Below are positions 36,521 to 49,405 of a DNA stretch of 64,000 nucleotides, piece after piece (position 1 is the first letter of the stretch; each line of letters begins with the position of its first letter). A model generated the notes under the pieces. That model searched no databases and was not told where the DNA came from. It saw only the letters and a list, made by a program, of their open reading frames with translations. Origin of the DNA: Lama glama (lineage: Eukaryota); NCBI GenBank assembly GCA_028534125.1, contig CM052816.1, positions 2,668,001-2,732,000 of the forward strand, given 5' to 3'. Made by a program: the position numbers and the translations under genes.

Positions 36521-37843
36521 AAATGTGCAGAACATCAGACATACAGGGATTTGCTCGTATATGCATAAATTATCTCTGGAAAAAAATACACAAGAAATTG
36601 GTAAATAATCATCTCTAAAGAGCCAGGGAGCAATGGGAAGGAGAGTTTTCACTATTCACCTTTGGTAACTTTTAATGTAGAATCACAAACATGTCTTTTG
36701 TAAACTGAAGAATAAATAAGGCTGAAATCATTTTACAAGAATAAGAATTAGGTAATTTTAGCTCTTGAGGCTGGCTGCCTTCACTAACCAACACGCTCCC
36801 CTGCTGACACTGGCAAAACTATACAAACGGACTCAGTATAAATTAAAACATAAGAAACACCCACTTGGGACATGGAAAAGTTTCAATTAGTAGGTTTATG
36901 TGAGAAAGGTCATTGCAGATAACACACCTCTAGTTTTTACACTGGATGTTAGGTGACTGAGTTAATGTCAGCTATTAACCCTCTGTTGTACAGGGACTTT
37001 GTGGATGGTAGAGTCACAATAATTGGGTCAATATGGAGTCTTGATTTATTGCAAAACTATTATAAACATAGAAATTAAATAATAGAAATAATTCTCTAGA
37101 ACCCCGCTTTTTTTTATTCACTTTCCATCCCTTTTTTTCTTGCTGTTTATAATGTGTTTGCCTGCCCAGGTCTCCAAGCCTTACCAGCTTGACTGCTAGG
37201 TCTTAGGGACCCCCTTTCAAGGTTCCCTCCCCTTTTGTGTCTAGGAGAATGGGGGTAGGGCAGGGGTTGGGAAGCAGAGGTGGCAGTTAAGAGACTTTCA
37301 CTGCAACCTGCCTCTGCTGCAGTTCCAGAAACCCAGGTCTGTGTTCCAACACTCTGGACTCAGAGGGAGAGCAGGTGTGAGCCTCCTGTCTTGTCTGAAG
37401 CCCTGAAGTTGAAGAAGCCTTTCTCTTGATACTCCACAGCAGTACTGAGACTAGGCTCCGGCTTCTAGTAAGACTTCATACTTCAAGAAGAACAGAAGGA
37501 AACTACAACTCTACACTACAACTACAACCTGTAGATCAGGAATCAGGCTCAGATGCTTCCTCTGGGAACTCCTTATGTAAACAAAATCCCCAGCCCGGCC
37601 TCAGATGGAAGTGTAGCCAAACCTATCTCCCGTGCATATAATCCAAGTCCCACAGCCATGGCCCCCAAGGAGACGTGTCTCCCACCCCAGATCATAATCT
37701 CTATTCCCTGTGGATCCACTCTTTGCCAGGGTGATCGACAGAGGCAATCCGTTTCTTCCCAGAGAAGGCCCTACCTTCATGCACAAGAATGCGGCCCCAT
37801 TCTTTGGTCCCAGCATGAAGTTAACGTAAGAAAATAATAATCC

Positions 37844-38263
37844 GGTTTGTAGTCTATGTCTATGAGTCTGTTTCTGTTTTGTATGTATGTTTTGTTTGTT
37901 TGTTTGGTTGGTTTTTTTTACATTTTTTATTGATTTATAATTTTACAATGTTGTGTCAAATTCCAGTGTTCAGCACAATTTTTCAGTCATTCATGGACAC
38001 TCATTGTCACATTTTTTCCTCTGTGAGTTATCATAACATTTTGTGTATATTTCCCTGTGCTATACAGTGTAATCTTGTTTATCTATTCTACAATTTTGAA
38101 ATCCCAGTTAATCCCTTCCCACCCTCCACCCCCCTGGTAACCACAAGTCTGTATTCTCTGTGAGTCTATTTCTGTCCTGTATTTATGCTTTGTTTTTGTT
38201 TGTTTGTTTGTTTTTGTTTTTGTTTTTTAGATTCCACATATAAGCAATCTCATATGGTATTTT
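37844..38263 (-). mobile_element. Young lineage-specific L1 3' end running into the gap, preceded by a second short L1 3'UTR piece
   Basis: tttattgatttataattttacaatgttgtgtcaaattccagtg...ttccctgtgctatacag...ctggtaaccacaagtc...ttagattccacatataag is the reverse complement of the L1 tail family at 1079-1237. Confidence 0.88.
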
Positions 38264-38763
38264 NNNNNNNNNNNNNNNNNNNNNNNNNNNNNNNNNNNNN
38301 NNNNNNNNNNNNNNNNNNNNNNNNNNNNNNNNNNNNNNNNNNNNNNNNNNNNNNNNNNNNNNNNNNNNNNNNNNNNNNNNNNNNNNNNNNNNNNNNNNNN
38401 NNNNNNNNNNNNNNNNNNNNNNNNNNNNNNNNNNNNNNNNNNNNNNNNNNNNNNNNNNNNNNNNNNNNNNNNNNNNNNNNNNNNNNNNNNNNNNNNNNNN
38501 NNNNNNNNNNNNNNNNNNNNNNNNNNNNNNNNNNNNNNNNNNNNNNNNNNNNNNNNNNNNNNNNNNNNNNNNNNNNNNNNNNNNNNNNNNNNNNNNNNNN
38601 NNNNNNNNNNNNNNNNNNNNNNNNNNNNNNNNNNNNNNNNNNNNNNNNNNNNNNNNNNNNNNNNNNNNNNNNNNNNNNNNNNNNNNNNNNNNNNNNNNNN
38701 NNNNNNNNNNNNNNNNNNNNNNNNNNNNNNNNNNNNNNNNNNNNNNNNNNNNNNNNNNNNNNN
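38264..38763. other. Assembly gap (500 N)
   Basis: Run of N. Confidence 1.
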
Positions 38764-40019
38764 TACCCAAGGTGAGTGGGCTAAAAGTCTTCCATGCCCA
38801 CACAGGGGTAGAAGAGCAGGAAAGCTCTCTGCTCATCTGTCAGCTCTTCGACCTCCGAGAAAAGCTGTCCCCAAGCCCTAATTGCCTGCTCCAAACTCCA
38901 CAGTGTCTGGGGAAAGGGCACGTGATCCACCAACGGCCCTGCTGCCATGCTGCGCTGCTACAGGAAGGCTGCCCTTTATTGATCAGATCTGCCTGGAGTC
39001 ATGTAACTCCCCAGCCTGCCGCTGGGCTCCCCAAGGGGCAGTGGGCAGCAGCAGTGTCTCTCTGGACCCCGAGTGATCCCCAGCCCTGCCCTCTCTCCTG
39101 CCCTGGACACATGAAGGCTGCCCACAAAAGCACCTAATGCTTCCGTGTAGTGTCTTGTCATTCACACACTAATTTGAAGTCACAGATCAAAACCGGATAC
39201 AGACACCAGGGAAAAGAGACGAAGATCCCATGCCTTCCCTGAAGCGACGCTGCAGCCCTGCGTCAGCAGCCAGCAAGCCCACTGTTTTCCCCAGAGAACC
39301 TCTTTTCCTGCCCTTTGATTTCACCACTTTCTACAGCCTTTCCAACTTGCCAACATTTTCATTGTAAGAAGTTTCACACTGAATCTTAGCAGAAGCACAC
39401 AGTATGTCTCCTACCGATTAGAAAGCTGATGTCCTGAGAGGCTAACGGACATGCACGACCCAGAGAGAGACCCAGTTTCTTGATTCCTTATTGTACCCGC
39501 ACAAAACGAGCCAGCCAGAAGGTGTTCCCATATAGACTCTTCTTTTTCTTTTTTCGGATTTTTTAAAGCCAACTTTAATAGTTTTGTCATATAAATATTT
39601 GCTTAGAAATGTAGGTGAGAGACCATTATTTCTAAAAAAAAAAAAAGGCAGTAAAATTTTCTTGCTTCCTCAAAAAACTCCAAGTCTCACTGCATATTCA
39701 CATTTCTCTGTTGAACACCCACCTCCATCCCCTCCCCACCACTGCTCACATGTGTCGGTGATCTGTGAGCTCTCAGGATTTGTTGGTGAGAAAGGGCAGG
39801 CAAGACAGTCATGTGACTAAGTGAAAACTCAATACAGCAGGTCAGCAGCAAGGCCAGAATTCAGGGTTCTAGTTAAGGCAAAATCCTTTAAGCCCAAAAA
39901 GGAAAATACACAGAAAGGATCCTGCAGCTCTTTGTTCCACATGAGGGGTCGACATCACTAGTCAATCCTGGCTTCAGTCTCAGAATCCTTCCTACGACGA
40001 TTGTCTCAACATCTATCAC

Positions 40020-40260
40020 ATGTGTGTTGATTTGGGAGGGCCTCTTCAAGCAGGGTACGTTTTAGATGAGATTTAAAAATTAAATGAAGGCAGACACATG
40101 AAGAGCCAGGGGAAGCGCATTCCAGGCAGAGGGAACAGCATACGAAAAGGCGGCAAACATGAAGTGATGCTGACATATTCGAGGAACCACATGAAGAACA
40201 CGGTGGCTGCACTGCAAGGAGCAAGGAGAGGAGCAGCAAGAGATAAAGGTGGGCCAGGTG
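40020..40260 (-). mobile_element. LINE-2 fragment
   Basis: ggagggcctcttcaagcagggtacgttttagatgagattt...gaagagccaggggaagcgcattccaggcagagggaacagca. Confidence 0.75.
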
Positions 40261-40419
40261 GCAACTCAAGGATCGTCCCTCAACACCCGAGGGCCTCCCA
40301 ACTAATACCTAGTGTCAATTAACTTATTACGTTAATAAGTAAGGTTACTACACAGAAGACCAAAAGTACAAGAAATTAACCCAAGGAATACAGTTTTGAG
40401 TAGAGGATCTAGATACCGA

Positions 40420-41295
40420 AAAAAAAAAAAAATAGAACCACTGGGCATCTTGGCAGAAAGAAAGGGATCTGTCAGCTCAGCTCAGTGAGGGTGCTGACGA
40501 TCAGTTATGTGAGGGAGGATGCGGAGAAGCAGGACCACGAGAAGGGATGTGTGTGTGTACATGGATATGTGCATATTATAGGATTTGTTAGCGGGTCTGA
40601 CTTTACACAACTGTGGCGGCTAGTTAAGCAGTCTCTTTAAGGTTGCTGTGTTTACACCGTATGCTGACTCTCAGAGCCTGCAGGCCAGGGAGCAGGCAGG
40701 GAAGATGGGTGTAACGGGAGGGACAGCAAAGACAAGCTGGGGTTCCCATGAACTGGGACCTATGTCCGTTCTCATCGCCTCTGACCTGATGGTATGGACT
40801 TCCTGCAAAAGGCAGGGCCCTTCACCACGGCAGCTGAAGCTGAAGGAGGGTCCTGAGGTAGGAGAAATGGTCACAGACCTGCCTGGGGGCTGCCTCATAC
40901 TAAAAAGGTGAGCCTTCAGATAAGGTGCAGCGTGTGAGAGCTCAAAACTGGCTACTGCTCACCCTCTGAGCTCCCAATTTCACACACGAAATCTCTCTGC
41001 AGCCCGCCCTCACTGGAAACGCATCAGGACGGAGGTTTCAGGACATGGGGATCGGCCTGCAAGCAGGGAGCGGTGGAGCAGAGAAACAAGCAATAATGAG
41101 AGAGATTCTGCGACCCTTGAGCAGCGAAAGACCCCTCAGTTCCTGGCTTTCACTGAGGGGCCCAATTGTACTTTGCTTCCTGTGTAAACATGTTATGGCC
41201 AACTGCAATTAAAAAAAAAAAAAAACTCCACTTAACCTTTACTTTTGCCATCTGGGCTTTGTTTCTGGTTTTTGCCACCAATCCATCCCTAAGCC
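40420..41295. mobile_element. Probable ancient ERVL/MaLR-class LTR fragments, possibly one nested in another
   Basis: gatttgttagcgggtctgactttacacaactgtggcggctagttaagcagtctct...aatctctctgcagcccgccctcactggaaac, plus an LTR-end-like tctgggctttgtttctggtttttgccacca. Family uncertain. Confidence 0.45.
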
Positions 41296-42439
41296 AGACC
41301 GTGGAGGCTGAAGATGATCTGCACCTGCTTCCCAGTCCTCCCTAGTTCCTGCATTCAGTGACCCAGACGGCACAGCTTAGAGGTGCTTCAATTCACAGCC
41401 ACAAAGACACGCCCTGAAGTCACAGTAACGTGGAGGAAATGGCAAAAAGAGGGAGCGCCACAGGAGTCACAGAGACACCTCCCTCCCGCGCTGAGTGCTG
41501 GGCACATCACGTCATGTCAGCAGAGGCCTCATAAGGTACTGGGGGGCGGGGGGGCGGTAATTTCAACTCATTGCTGCTCCTAAAACGTGCACTTGAGAGA
41601 TGGCGCTCTTCCCAGAGCTGTCAATCTTCCAGCATTCACGGTCCTGAAAACCGATTTAACAGAGCGTTTTAAAGTAACTTTCTCAAAACTTTATGCAAAA
41701 AACAAAAAGAAAGAGGAAAGTGCTAATTGCACTTTAGAGCTTCAGGTGCTTTTCAGTCCAAGATCACAAAGTGCTTGAACTCTCATTTCACACAACCTCG
41801 CTTCACCCCTTACTGGGAACAGATCTGTATTGTTGAGTTCATTTTACAATACAGAGAAACTGAGGCCTTTCTCAAGAAAGATGCGATGAGGATGTCACCG
41901 CTTCCAATTTTCCACCTCAGTAAGAATTAAGGTAAAGTGTGGCTCATTCAGATCACAGGCTTTATAAATGCCTCAAACTGAGATACCGTGTCAGGCAAAA
42001 TTCAGTTGCAAACACTCAAGGTGTCACAGTTTCACTGGCCAGGATGCCTTCACCACAAGATTAGAGACACAAGCAACTGATAGCTCCCACCCCTACAATG
42101 CTACAAAAAGAAATGGAAAGAAAGTGCATTTATCTAAGCTTCGTTTTTCTACAACTCCCAAGGAAGAATTCTGACTGAATGGTTTGGACTTGCAGCCCGA
42201 CACCGGGACCAATTGCTGGGGGTCAGAGAGATGGATACGGTGTTTGGCCAGGCCCGGGTCACATGGGTCACCCCCATGACCGAGGGGAGCAGGGAATACT
42301 ACATGAAAAGAAAGGCCAGCCTAGACATAGCCAGCACGCGAATTGCAGCCATCCCTAACTGCCTTCAAGAAACCACCTATCTCAGCAACACAGAGGTAGC
42401 CAAATACACACATCTTATCCTCTCCCCTTATTAAGCACT

Positions 42440-42630
42440 CTACTATTTTAAAGATGGCTTGCAGCTAAATCTTTGTGTACGTACACTCTTGATTCCTCAG
42501 GGTAATTCTTAGAAGTGGCACACCTGAGTCAAATGGTACTCACATTGTTTTGAAGGTTTTGATCCTCTTTTCTGACTTGCTTTTCAGAAAGGGGGTACAA
42601 GTTTGCATTCCCATCAGTATGTGAATGCAT
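42440..42630 (-). mobile_element. L1ME-type fragment
   Basis: ttcctcagggtaattcttagaagtggcacacctgagtcaaatgg...ttgcttttcagaaagggggtacaagtttgcattcccatcag. Confidence 0.65.
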
Positions 42631-43769
42631 TATCATTATTCTATTAACTGCCTCTTAAGGGAAGGGTGAGCAAGCAATAAAACGGCCCACAGGAACAAGT
42701 GAAACACAGACAAGAAGGAAAGGACCCAAATACGTAATTATCACTTAGACCATCAGAATCTGAACACACTGAGATGTGTTTGCACTGATGAGATACAGAT
42801 GAAATCAGGAGAAATGACAGATGACACTGAATCCTAGCTCTGAGCAAGGACTATGACCTTCTAGAATCAGGCAGCCATGTAAACAGGAAGCGCCCCTCAT
42901 GTGAGGCAGCTGAGCACGTAGAGGCACCGGCCACGCGAACCTCACTTCCCCAGCCTCCACCGATGAGAAAGCCAGATCAACTCCTGGCAAAACGCAGGTG
43001 GGACTGTATTTCTCAAGGATCGTGGCCCTTGAAGCCAGGACAGCATACCTGTCAAAGGCAGACCATGCCCCATAATTACTCGGACACACTGTGGGCTAAT
43101 TGCCATTGCTGAAAATAATCTCCGAGGATTACAATAGGCATCATAAATAACAGGGGTCTGCGGCGGTGCATTAGGACAAGGTCTCAGTCGCTCTTATCTT
43201 TCACGGGAGTGGAGCTTGTGCATTCATGTTCCTAATGAATCTTTTTCATTTGTGCAAGTGATGTTTCCATTTGACAATGACATGAACATAAAGTGGAGGT
43301 TAATTTACTCCATTGCGAGAGGTTCATTATTTAACCTGACGTTTAGGACAAAACAATGTAGCTTAATAGATGACAAATAGAAATTAGTTGTGATGAATTC
43401 TGCCATTTAATTCTAGCAGGCTAACTGACTGTTTCCCATAAATATGGCAAGAGAGCCAGGGGTACCCCTCTCTGTGGGGGAGATTTGCTCACCTCCTATT
43501 TCCAAGGTTTCATCCAAGGATTGCAGAATTTCCATTGGGAAGTTCCACTAGAAACAAGCAGTTTTCAGTTACAGAGAAGACCTGAGACTAATGGTGATGC
43601 ACTGTCATTAGGTCAAATTTTACTGAATTCCTTTCCTTTAACACTGGATAAACAACTGACTTACAAAGCTAGACACCAGAAGTTGTATTGAATTTTGACA
43701 GCTATTTGGCATTAGCATCTAAAATCCACACTTGTGCCTTTTTATTCTTCCACATGAAGATAGCTGAGC

Positions 43770-43970
43770 AACAAAGGAATGAGCTATAATTCTAGAATCA
43801 AACAGAGCTTACGTTGGAACTCCAGGCCAATCAGTTACCAACGAGGTGCTTTTAGATTATTCAGCTCCTCCTAGCCTCGGTTTCTTCATCCATATAATGG
43901 GAATATTAATCCTATTTACCTCATACAATAAATAAAATGAGATTCTGAAAAGGGAGAGATACATGTAACT
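43770..43970 (+). mobile_element. MIR SINE
   Basis: ttctagaatcaaacagagcttacgttggaactcc...gcctcggtttcttcatccatataatgggaatattaatcctatttacctcata. Confidence 0.75.
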
Positions 43971-44189
43971 TGGAATTTTTATAGCATCAATGTCTAGGAA
44001 TAATGGTTAGAAATTCAGTCATTAATTCTGATACTGTTTTCTTCCATCAAGACATGCTATCTGTAAGAAAAGCCAGATTATGTCATTTACACCTTCAAAC
44101 CATCAAATTGCTCCTTCCTCCAAAGGTATCTGCATTAGCACCTGCCTTTTCACAGTAGAAAGACTTTGTCCCCAGATGAAGGAATTTTA

Positions 44190-44750
44190 GGTCCAACTGA
44201 GAGTGTAACAGGAGAAAGAAAGGAGGAGACCATTTTAGGCAAAAAGGATAGCCTGTGCAAAGGCTCTGTGTTAGTAGGGAGTGTGGTGAACACAAAAGAC
44301 TGAAAGAAATCCAGCACGTTTAGAGCACAGAAATTCAGAAGATCAGGAGGAGAAATAGGCAGGGCCAAGACTTTGCAGACCTTTGAAAGCCATGGGGAAG
44401 GAGTTTGTCTTTCTCCAAAGAGCAATGACTGGAAGGCCAGTTGTCCCAACAAGGACCCTAATATATTTAGATTCCATTTCAGACAGATGATTCTGAAAGT
44501 AGTATGAAAAAGAGATTTGGAAGCAGGCCAAAGCAGATGCAGCCTGACCAGGCTGGGAGCTACCGCAGTGGCCCACACCAAGTCGGCAGCAGCTGAGACG
44601 AAGTGGTGGTAGACAGAGAGGAGGGGAAAGGTCTGGTAAGTATCTGGGAGGTGACATTAACTGGACTTGGCAATGGACTGGATGTCGACGTGGGGATAAA
44701 GAAGGAGGCGGTATTGACGATGACTTCCATGAATCCCTGGGCTCAGCACC
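44190..44750 (-). mobile_element. LINE-2 fragment
   Basis: cattttaggcaaaaaggatagcctgtgcaaaggctctg...gggaaggagtttgtctttctcc...ggacttggcaatggactggatgt...gatgacttccatgaatccctgg. Confidence 0.8.
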
Positions 44751-44834
44751 CTTGTTTAGAAATGAAACAGTAAGGCTCAAGGAAAGTTATTTTCCAGAGA
44801 TCAACACACCCCTATTCAGGACTGAGCTTATAAC

Positions 44835-44880
44835 GTGTGTGTGTGTGTGTGTGTAGTGTGCACACACGTGATACGTGTGT
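44835..44880. repeat. (GT)n microsatellite with adjacent alternating purine-pyrimidine tract
   Basis: gtgtgtgtgtgtgtgtgtgt agtgtgcacacacgtgatacgtgtgt, read directly. Confidence 0.9.
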
Positions 44881-45754
44881 ATGAGAGAAAGGATGTTTTT
44901 GTGTATACTGTGTGTTCACACACACATCTCCAAGATAAATTATTTAAATAAACTAAAAATTTGAGCATCTTCTATCTCTAAATAAAAAGTTAGGACCCCT
45001 GTGCCCACTGCCGACATCTATTAGCTGCATCCCTTTGACATATCACTCATGCTCTGTACTTATTTTTCTAAATTGCAGCGTGTATATGCAACCCCTTATA
45101 TACTTTCTTTTATCTATTCAGTGTGGCCATCTCATTTTTATTGTTATTCTGGCTTCTATTCAATTTATTAGTTTGTGGCCCACGTAAGCATATTTTAATA
45201 ATTTTGAAGGAATCTTTTCATCATTGAAGCTTGTCTCAAGAAGGCCTGAAATAATCAGTATTTCAGATTTTTACTGCTCCCCACCCCCCTCCCCCACCAT
45301 GCACACACACTCATATATGTTTTGCTATTTTAAAGAAAGAGATTTAACAGCCATAAGGCACTTTTAAAAATAACATTCACATCTGGGCTGACCACCTGTA
45401 TGCCAAAATTTAGCTTGATGTTAATTAAAACAGGCATGTTATAAACCTCAGGAAATGGCAGCTGACCCCTAACTATGAATGTAATGCTATAATAATATGT
45501 AGTAAAAATAAGACATTTTGAGGCTGTTGCCCAAACCACTCATGCATTAAAATTCTCACCACTGTATACCCTTGTGCAAGGACGGGTAAATCAACTGCAG
45601 AAGTGTTCCAACCCAAAAATAATAACAATTCAAGGGGTTAGAGTCATTCATTCATTCAACAGATGGCTTTAAACGCACATCCTGGACAGCCTTGTGAGAA
45701 AGATTCTGCATCGAATTTGGAAGACTGATGCTCCATCCTGCCCAGTACGATAAC

Positions 45755-45990
45755 AATATCAAGGCAGCTGATATTTATTGACCATTTTACTGTGTTTCTG
45801 GCACGGGGCTAAGTATTTAACACAGACAATTTCATTTAATCCTCTTAACAAACCTACAGGTAGGTGCTGTAATCATCTCCATTTTACATATGAGGAAACA
45901 AAGGCTCGAAAGATTTAGTTACTCTCTTGAGGTGGGACAGAGGCAGAGCTGGGATGCGAATGCGGCCATCTGACCCCGTGGCCCAGGTGT
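45755..45990 (-). mobile_element. MIR SINE
   Basis: atttattgaccattttactgtgtttctggcacggggctaagt...ttcatttaatcctcttaacaaacctacaggtaggtgctgtaatcatctccattttacatatgaggaaac. Confidence 0.85.
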
Positions 45991-46779
45991 CTCACGATGG
46001 CTCCACAAGGCCACAGGAACTTGCCATCTCTCCCACTTGGACCCTGTTCCACCTGCAAACACATCCCATTCTTTTCCAATCCAACTACAAGTGACCTCCT
46101 GCATTTTCTGCCACCTCCTTTCCTGACCCTTTCTTTGCCACTTTCTCCCATGTGACCCCAGAGCCTCCCCCATTTCCTTTCCACTTTCCCATCACCTCCA
46201 CTCATTTGAAACCACTTCTCTTAATTGCCTCTGACACCCTGGCACTTGGCAACTCAGTTTTGCTCTGCTTTTCATTTGTTCCTGCTATTTACCACTGCCT
46301 CTGAATTCTGAGATGGTCCTCCTCTCCTTGCACCCTAAAGTTCTGCTTCATCAAGGGGGGTACTGGAAACTTGCATTTTGTGCAAGGACATGTATATACA
46401 GAATGCAACCAGAAAAGAGCAACATGTACTTATATTGCAACTGGACTAGAATAGACATTGGCATCTTAAAAAAAATCTTAAAATCCTCTGTTGTACAAAG
46501 TACGTGTCAAGCGTGTTCATTGGCACAGCTGTGAACAGAACCTGAAGCTGTGCATCTGAGTTCACGTCTGAAATGGCTATATTCACTTCCAAATGCGTCC
46601 TTTTAAAAAGATTTTTTAAAAACCTCTGAAACTCAACTATATTGCAGTTCCTAAAGCTCCAAAAATGGTTGTGCAAGATGTGAAAGAGTCACTAAATCTG
46701 TCAGCTATGCAACATGCAGCAAGATTTGACTGAACTTCAAGGGCTTTAGCAACACTGGTCAGGACAGCAGCTTTCAACC

Positions 46780-46950
46780 AGGAAGATCAAGGTTTTGTTC
46801 CCAATTCTACACTTATTCACTAAGTGACCTCAGACAAGTCATTTAACTTCATCATTTGGCAAATTATCTTTAAAACATGAATGGATTATAGAACCCTCCC
46901 CGTAGAATTCTGATGAGATTTAAATGAGAGAATACATTTAAAGTAGCCGA
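46780..46950 (+). mobile_element. MIR SINE
   Basis: taagtgacctcagacaagtcatttaacttc...tgatgagatttaaatgagagaatacatttaaag. Confidence 0.7.
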
Positions 46951-46989
46951 CTTATATGAACATTGATTTTATATATATACACATGCATT

Positions 46990-47500
46990 TCCACGTGTAT
47001 GTACATATTCCTTTTTAAAAAACACAAATACTAGCACACTGTGCATATGTGTTTGTATTTTGCTTTTTTAGTGTAATGTTCTATCCTGGCTTTCACTCCC
47101 CTGTGCTTCTGTATAATGTTCCATTATCTGGGTCTTCTTTATTTTGTTAGTCTCCTGAAGATATAGACTTCAACTGTTTTCAATCTTTGATGTTTAGATT
47201 GTTTTCAAACATTTCAAGACAGTGCTTCAATGAACATGATGTTATTCGTAAGTAATTTTGCACATGAGTGGGTGTATTTGTAAACAAACTTCCCAAAGTA
47301 CAATTTCTGGGTCAAAGAGTATGTGCTTTTATAATTTTAATGCACAGTATATGCTTTCCATAGGAGCTGTACCAATTTATACCCTCTCTGGTTAAATATG
47401 AGAAGTAACTGTTTACTCTCACTAAACATAGCCATCAAGCTTTTAGTTCTTTCATCCAACAAGTGAAAAGAGGGAAGTTAATGTAGTTTTACTTTCTTAT
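46990..47500 (-). mobile_element. L1ME-type fragment
   Basis: acagtgcttcaatgaacat...ttcccaaagtacaatttctgggtcaaagagtatgtgcttttataatttt...ctttccataggagctgtaccaatttataccctc. Confidence 0.7.
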
Positions 47501-47514
47501 AAAAAATAGTCAAC

Positions 47515-48135
47515 AGATGACCCAGCAAGTCTACCTCTGGCTATGTATCAAAGGAAAGGGAATCACTATCTCGAAGGGGTATCCACACTGCCGTGCTCAG
47601 CTCCGCACTGTTCACAGCAGCCAAGACAAAGGAACAATCTAAGCGTCTATCAACATACTTGTGATCCCATGAATGAACCTTGAGCACATACTAAGTAAAA
47701 TAAGTCAGAGACAAATACTGAATGATCTCAGTGGGATGTGGAACCTAAAACAATCAATCACACCCCCCTCAAAAAAAAAAAAAAACGAACTCATACAAAT
47801 GGAGAGTAGATGGGTGGTTTCCCGAGGTGGGGGTGGTGGGCTTAAGGGGAATGGGTGAAGGTGGCACACATTTCCAGTTATAAGATGAGAGAGCTCTGGA
47901 AATCTAATGGTGACCAGAATTATCAATACTGTATTGTATACTTGAAAGTCGCTAAGAGTATCTCTTAAAAATTCTCACCACATACACACAAAGTTAACTA
48001 TGTGAGGTGATGGATATGTTCATTAACCTCATTGTGGTAATCATCCTGCAATATATATGCGTATCCAGTCATCACTTTGTTTGCCTTATGCTTGTGCAAT
48101 GTTACGTGTCAGCTATATGTCAATAAAGCTGTAGA
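47515..48135 (+). mobile_element. L1MA-type (L1MA9-like) 3' fragment
   Basis: gacccagcaagtctacctctggctatgtatc...ccagttataagatgag...aatactgtattgtatacttgaaagtcgctaagag...aactatgtgaggtgatggatatgtt...gtcAATAAAgctg. Confidence 0.85.
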
Positions 48136-48299
48136 AAACGGTCAGTCTTGAACAAGGTGCCCCAACTAGTATGTACTCAATAAATAACACCTGTTGTTGT
48201 TAATACCCATTCTTTTGCAGTTGTTTTTATCCTAGCAGTAGTGGTCACAGTGTCTGTTGCAACAGTACATCCAGGTTCTGTGCTAGGAATTCTCATTCC

Positions 48300-48610
48300 T
48301 TCTTTCCTCTTCAACAGTGTCTTCAGCCATACCAAACTTCTTGTGGTTACCCCGAAACACCTTTTTATACATTCTTTCCCTGGAAATGTTGATCCCCTAT
48401 AAACTGGTCTGATAAAATCCAAATCTCAGGTCAACTACCAGCACTTCTATGAAGTTCACTCTGGCTCCCGAAAACATCCTTAAACATTCCTTATCCCATT
48501 CTTCCTAGAAATGTCTCCCTGTTAGACCGAGCTGGTAAAGAACAGGGACTATGCTTTACTTTTGGTGTTGTATTCCCAAACCAGGTATGGAGGCTAATGT
48601 ATTGCAGAGG
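48300..48610 (+). mobile_element. Degenerate LINE-2 3' fragment
   Basis: cagccataccaaacttcttgtggttacccc...tgtctccctgttagaccgagctggtaaagaacagggactatgc...gtattcccaaacc. Confidence 0.6.
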
Positions 48611-48614
48611 CCTA

Positions 48615-49050
48615 TGTAAGAAGCTTTGAATCCAAGGAACAGAAAACCTCACCTCAAACTGCCTTAGCATTAAGGAAGTATGTTATCTGATACAACACGA
48701 AGTATAAAGGCAGGATGGTGTTCAGGGGTCATTTAGCAAGTCAACACTCACATCAGGAACTGCTCTTCCCATCTCCCTGCTGCCATCTCAGTTAAGACAG
48801 CCTTGCCTTCAACTGGGAGTCCTCATGGGCAGAAGATGGCTGCCACAGCTCCAGGCTTCTCATCCAGGTGCAACAATGACGAAGGAAGAAAGGAATTATT
48901 TTTTTTTCCTGTGTCTCTCTTAGAGGAACTAGGAACCTTTCCCAGAAGCCCTCAGCTTACTTCTAATATTCCATTTCCCAGGATTAGGTTTAACGCTCAT
49001 TCTCAAACCATTCATCCACAGGGGAAATGAGATTATCACAATTACTGCAG
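48615..49050 (-). mobile_element. MaLR LTR (MLT1-type) fragment
   Basis: aaggaacagaaaacctcacctcaaactgccttagc...cctcatgggcagaagatggctgccacagctccaggc...tttcccagaagccctcagc...aaaccattcatccacaggggaaatgagatta. Confidence 0.65.
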
Positions 49051-49052
49051 GT

Positions 49053-49405
49053 CGGGGATCAGCAAACGTTTTCTGAAAAGAGCCAGACTGTAAATATTTT
49101 AGGTTTGGCAAACCATACAGTGCCCATTCTAACTACTCAATGTGCTCTTATAGTACAAAAGCACCCACAGACAATGTGTAAATGAATGAGTATTGTTCTG
49201 TTCCAATAAAACTATTTATGGACATTGAAATTCAAAATTCATATAATATTCACATCTCATGAAGTATTTTTCTAAATGTGTTTCAATTGTCTAAAATATG
49301 TAGAAATCATAAACAAAAGTGCAAAAATCATTCTTTGCTCCAAGGCCACACAAAAACAGGTAGCAAGCCAGGTTTGGCCCAAGGGATATAGTTTGCCAAC
49401 CCTTG
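49053..49405 (+). mobile_element. MER58B-like hAT-Charlie DNA transposon
   Basis: TIRs cggggatcagcaaac ... gtttgccaacccttg; internal gccagactgtaaatattttagg, gttccaataaaactatttatggacattgaaatt. Confidence 0.85.

Noticed and set aside
3800..38263. Oppositely oriented young L1 3'UTRs as a long-range dsRNA or editing substrate
   Set aside because: The copies are more than 16 kb apart and visibly diverged, and there is no evidence that they share a transcript.
38183..38836. Longest listed ORFs (217 aa and 196 aa)
   Set aside because: They are open only because they read through the 500-N gap.
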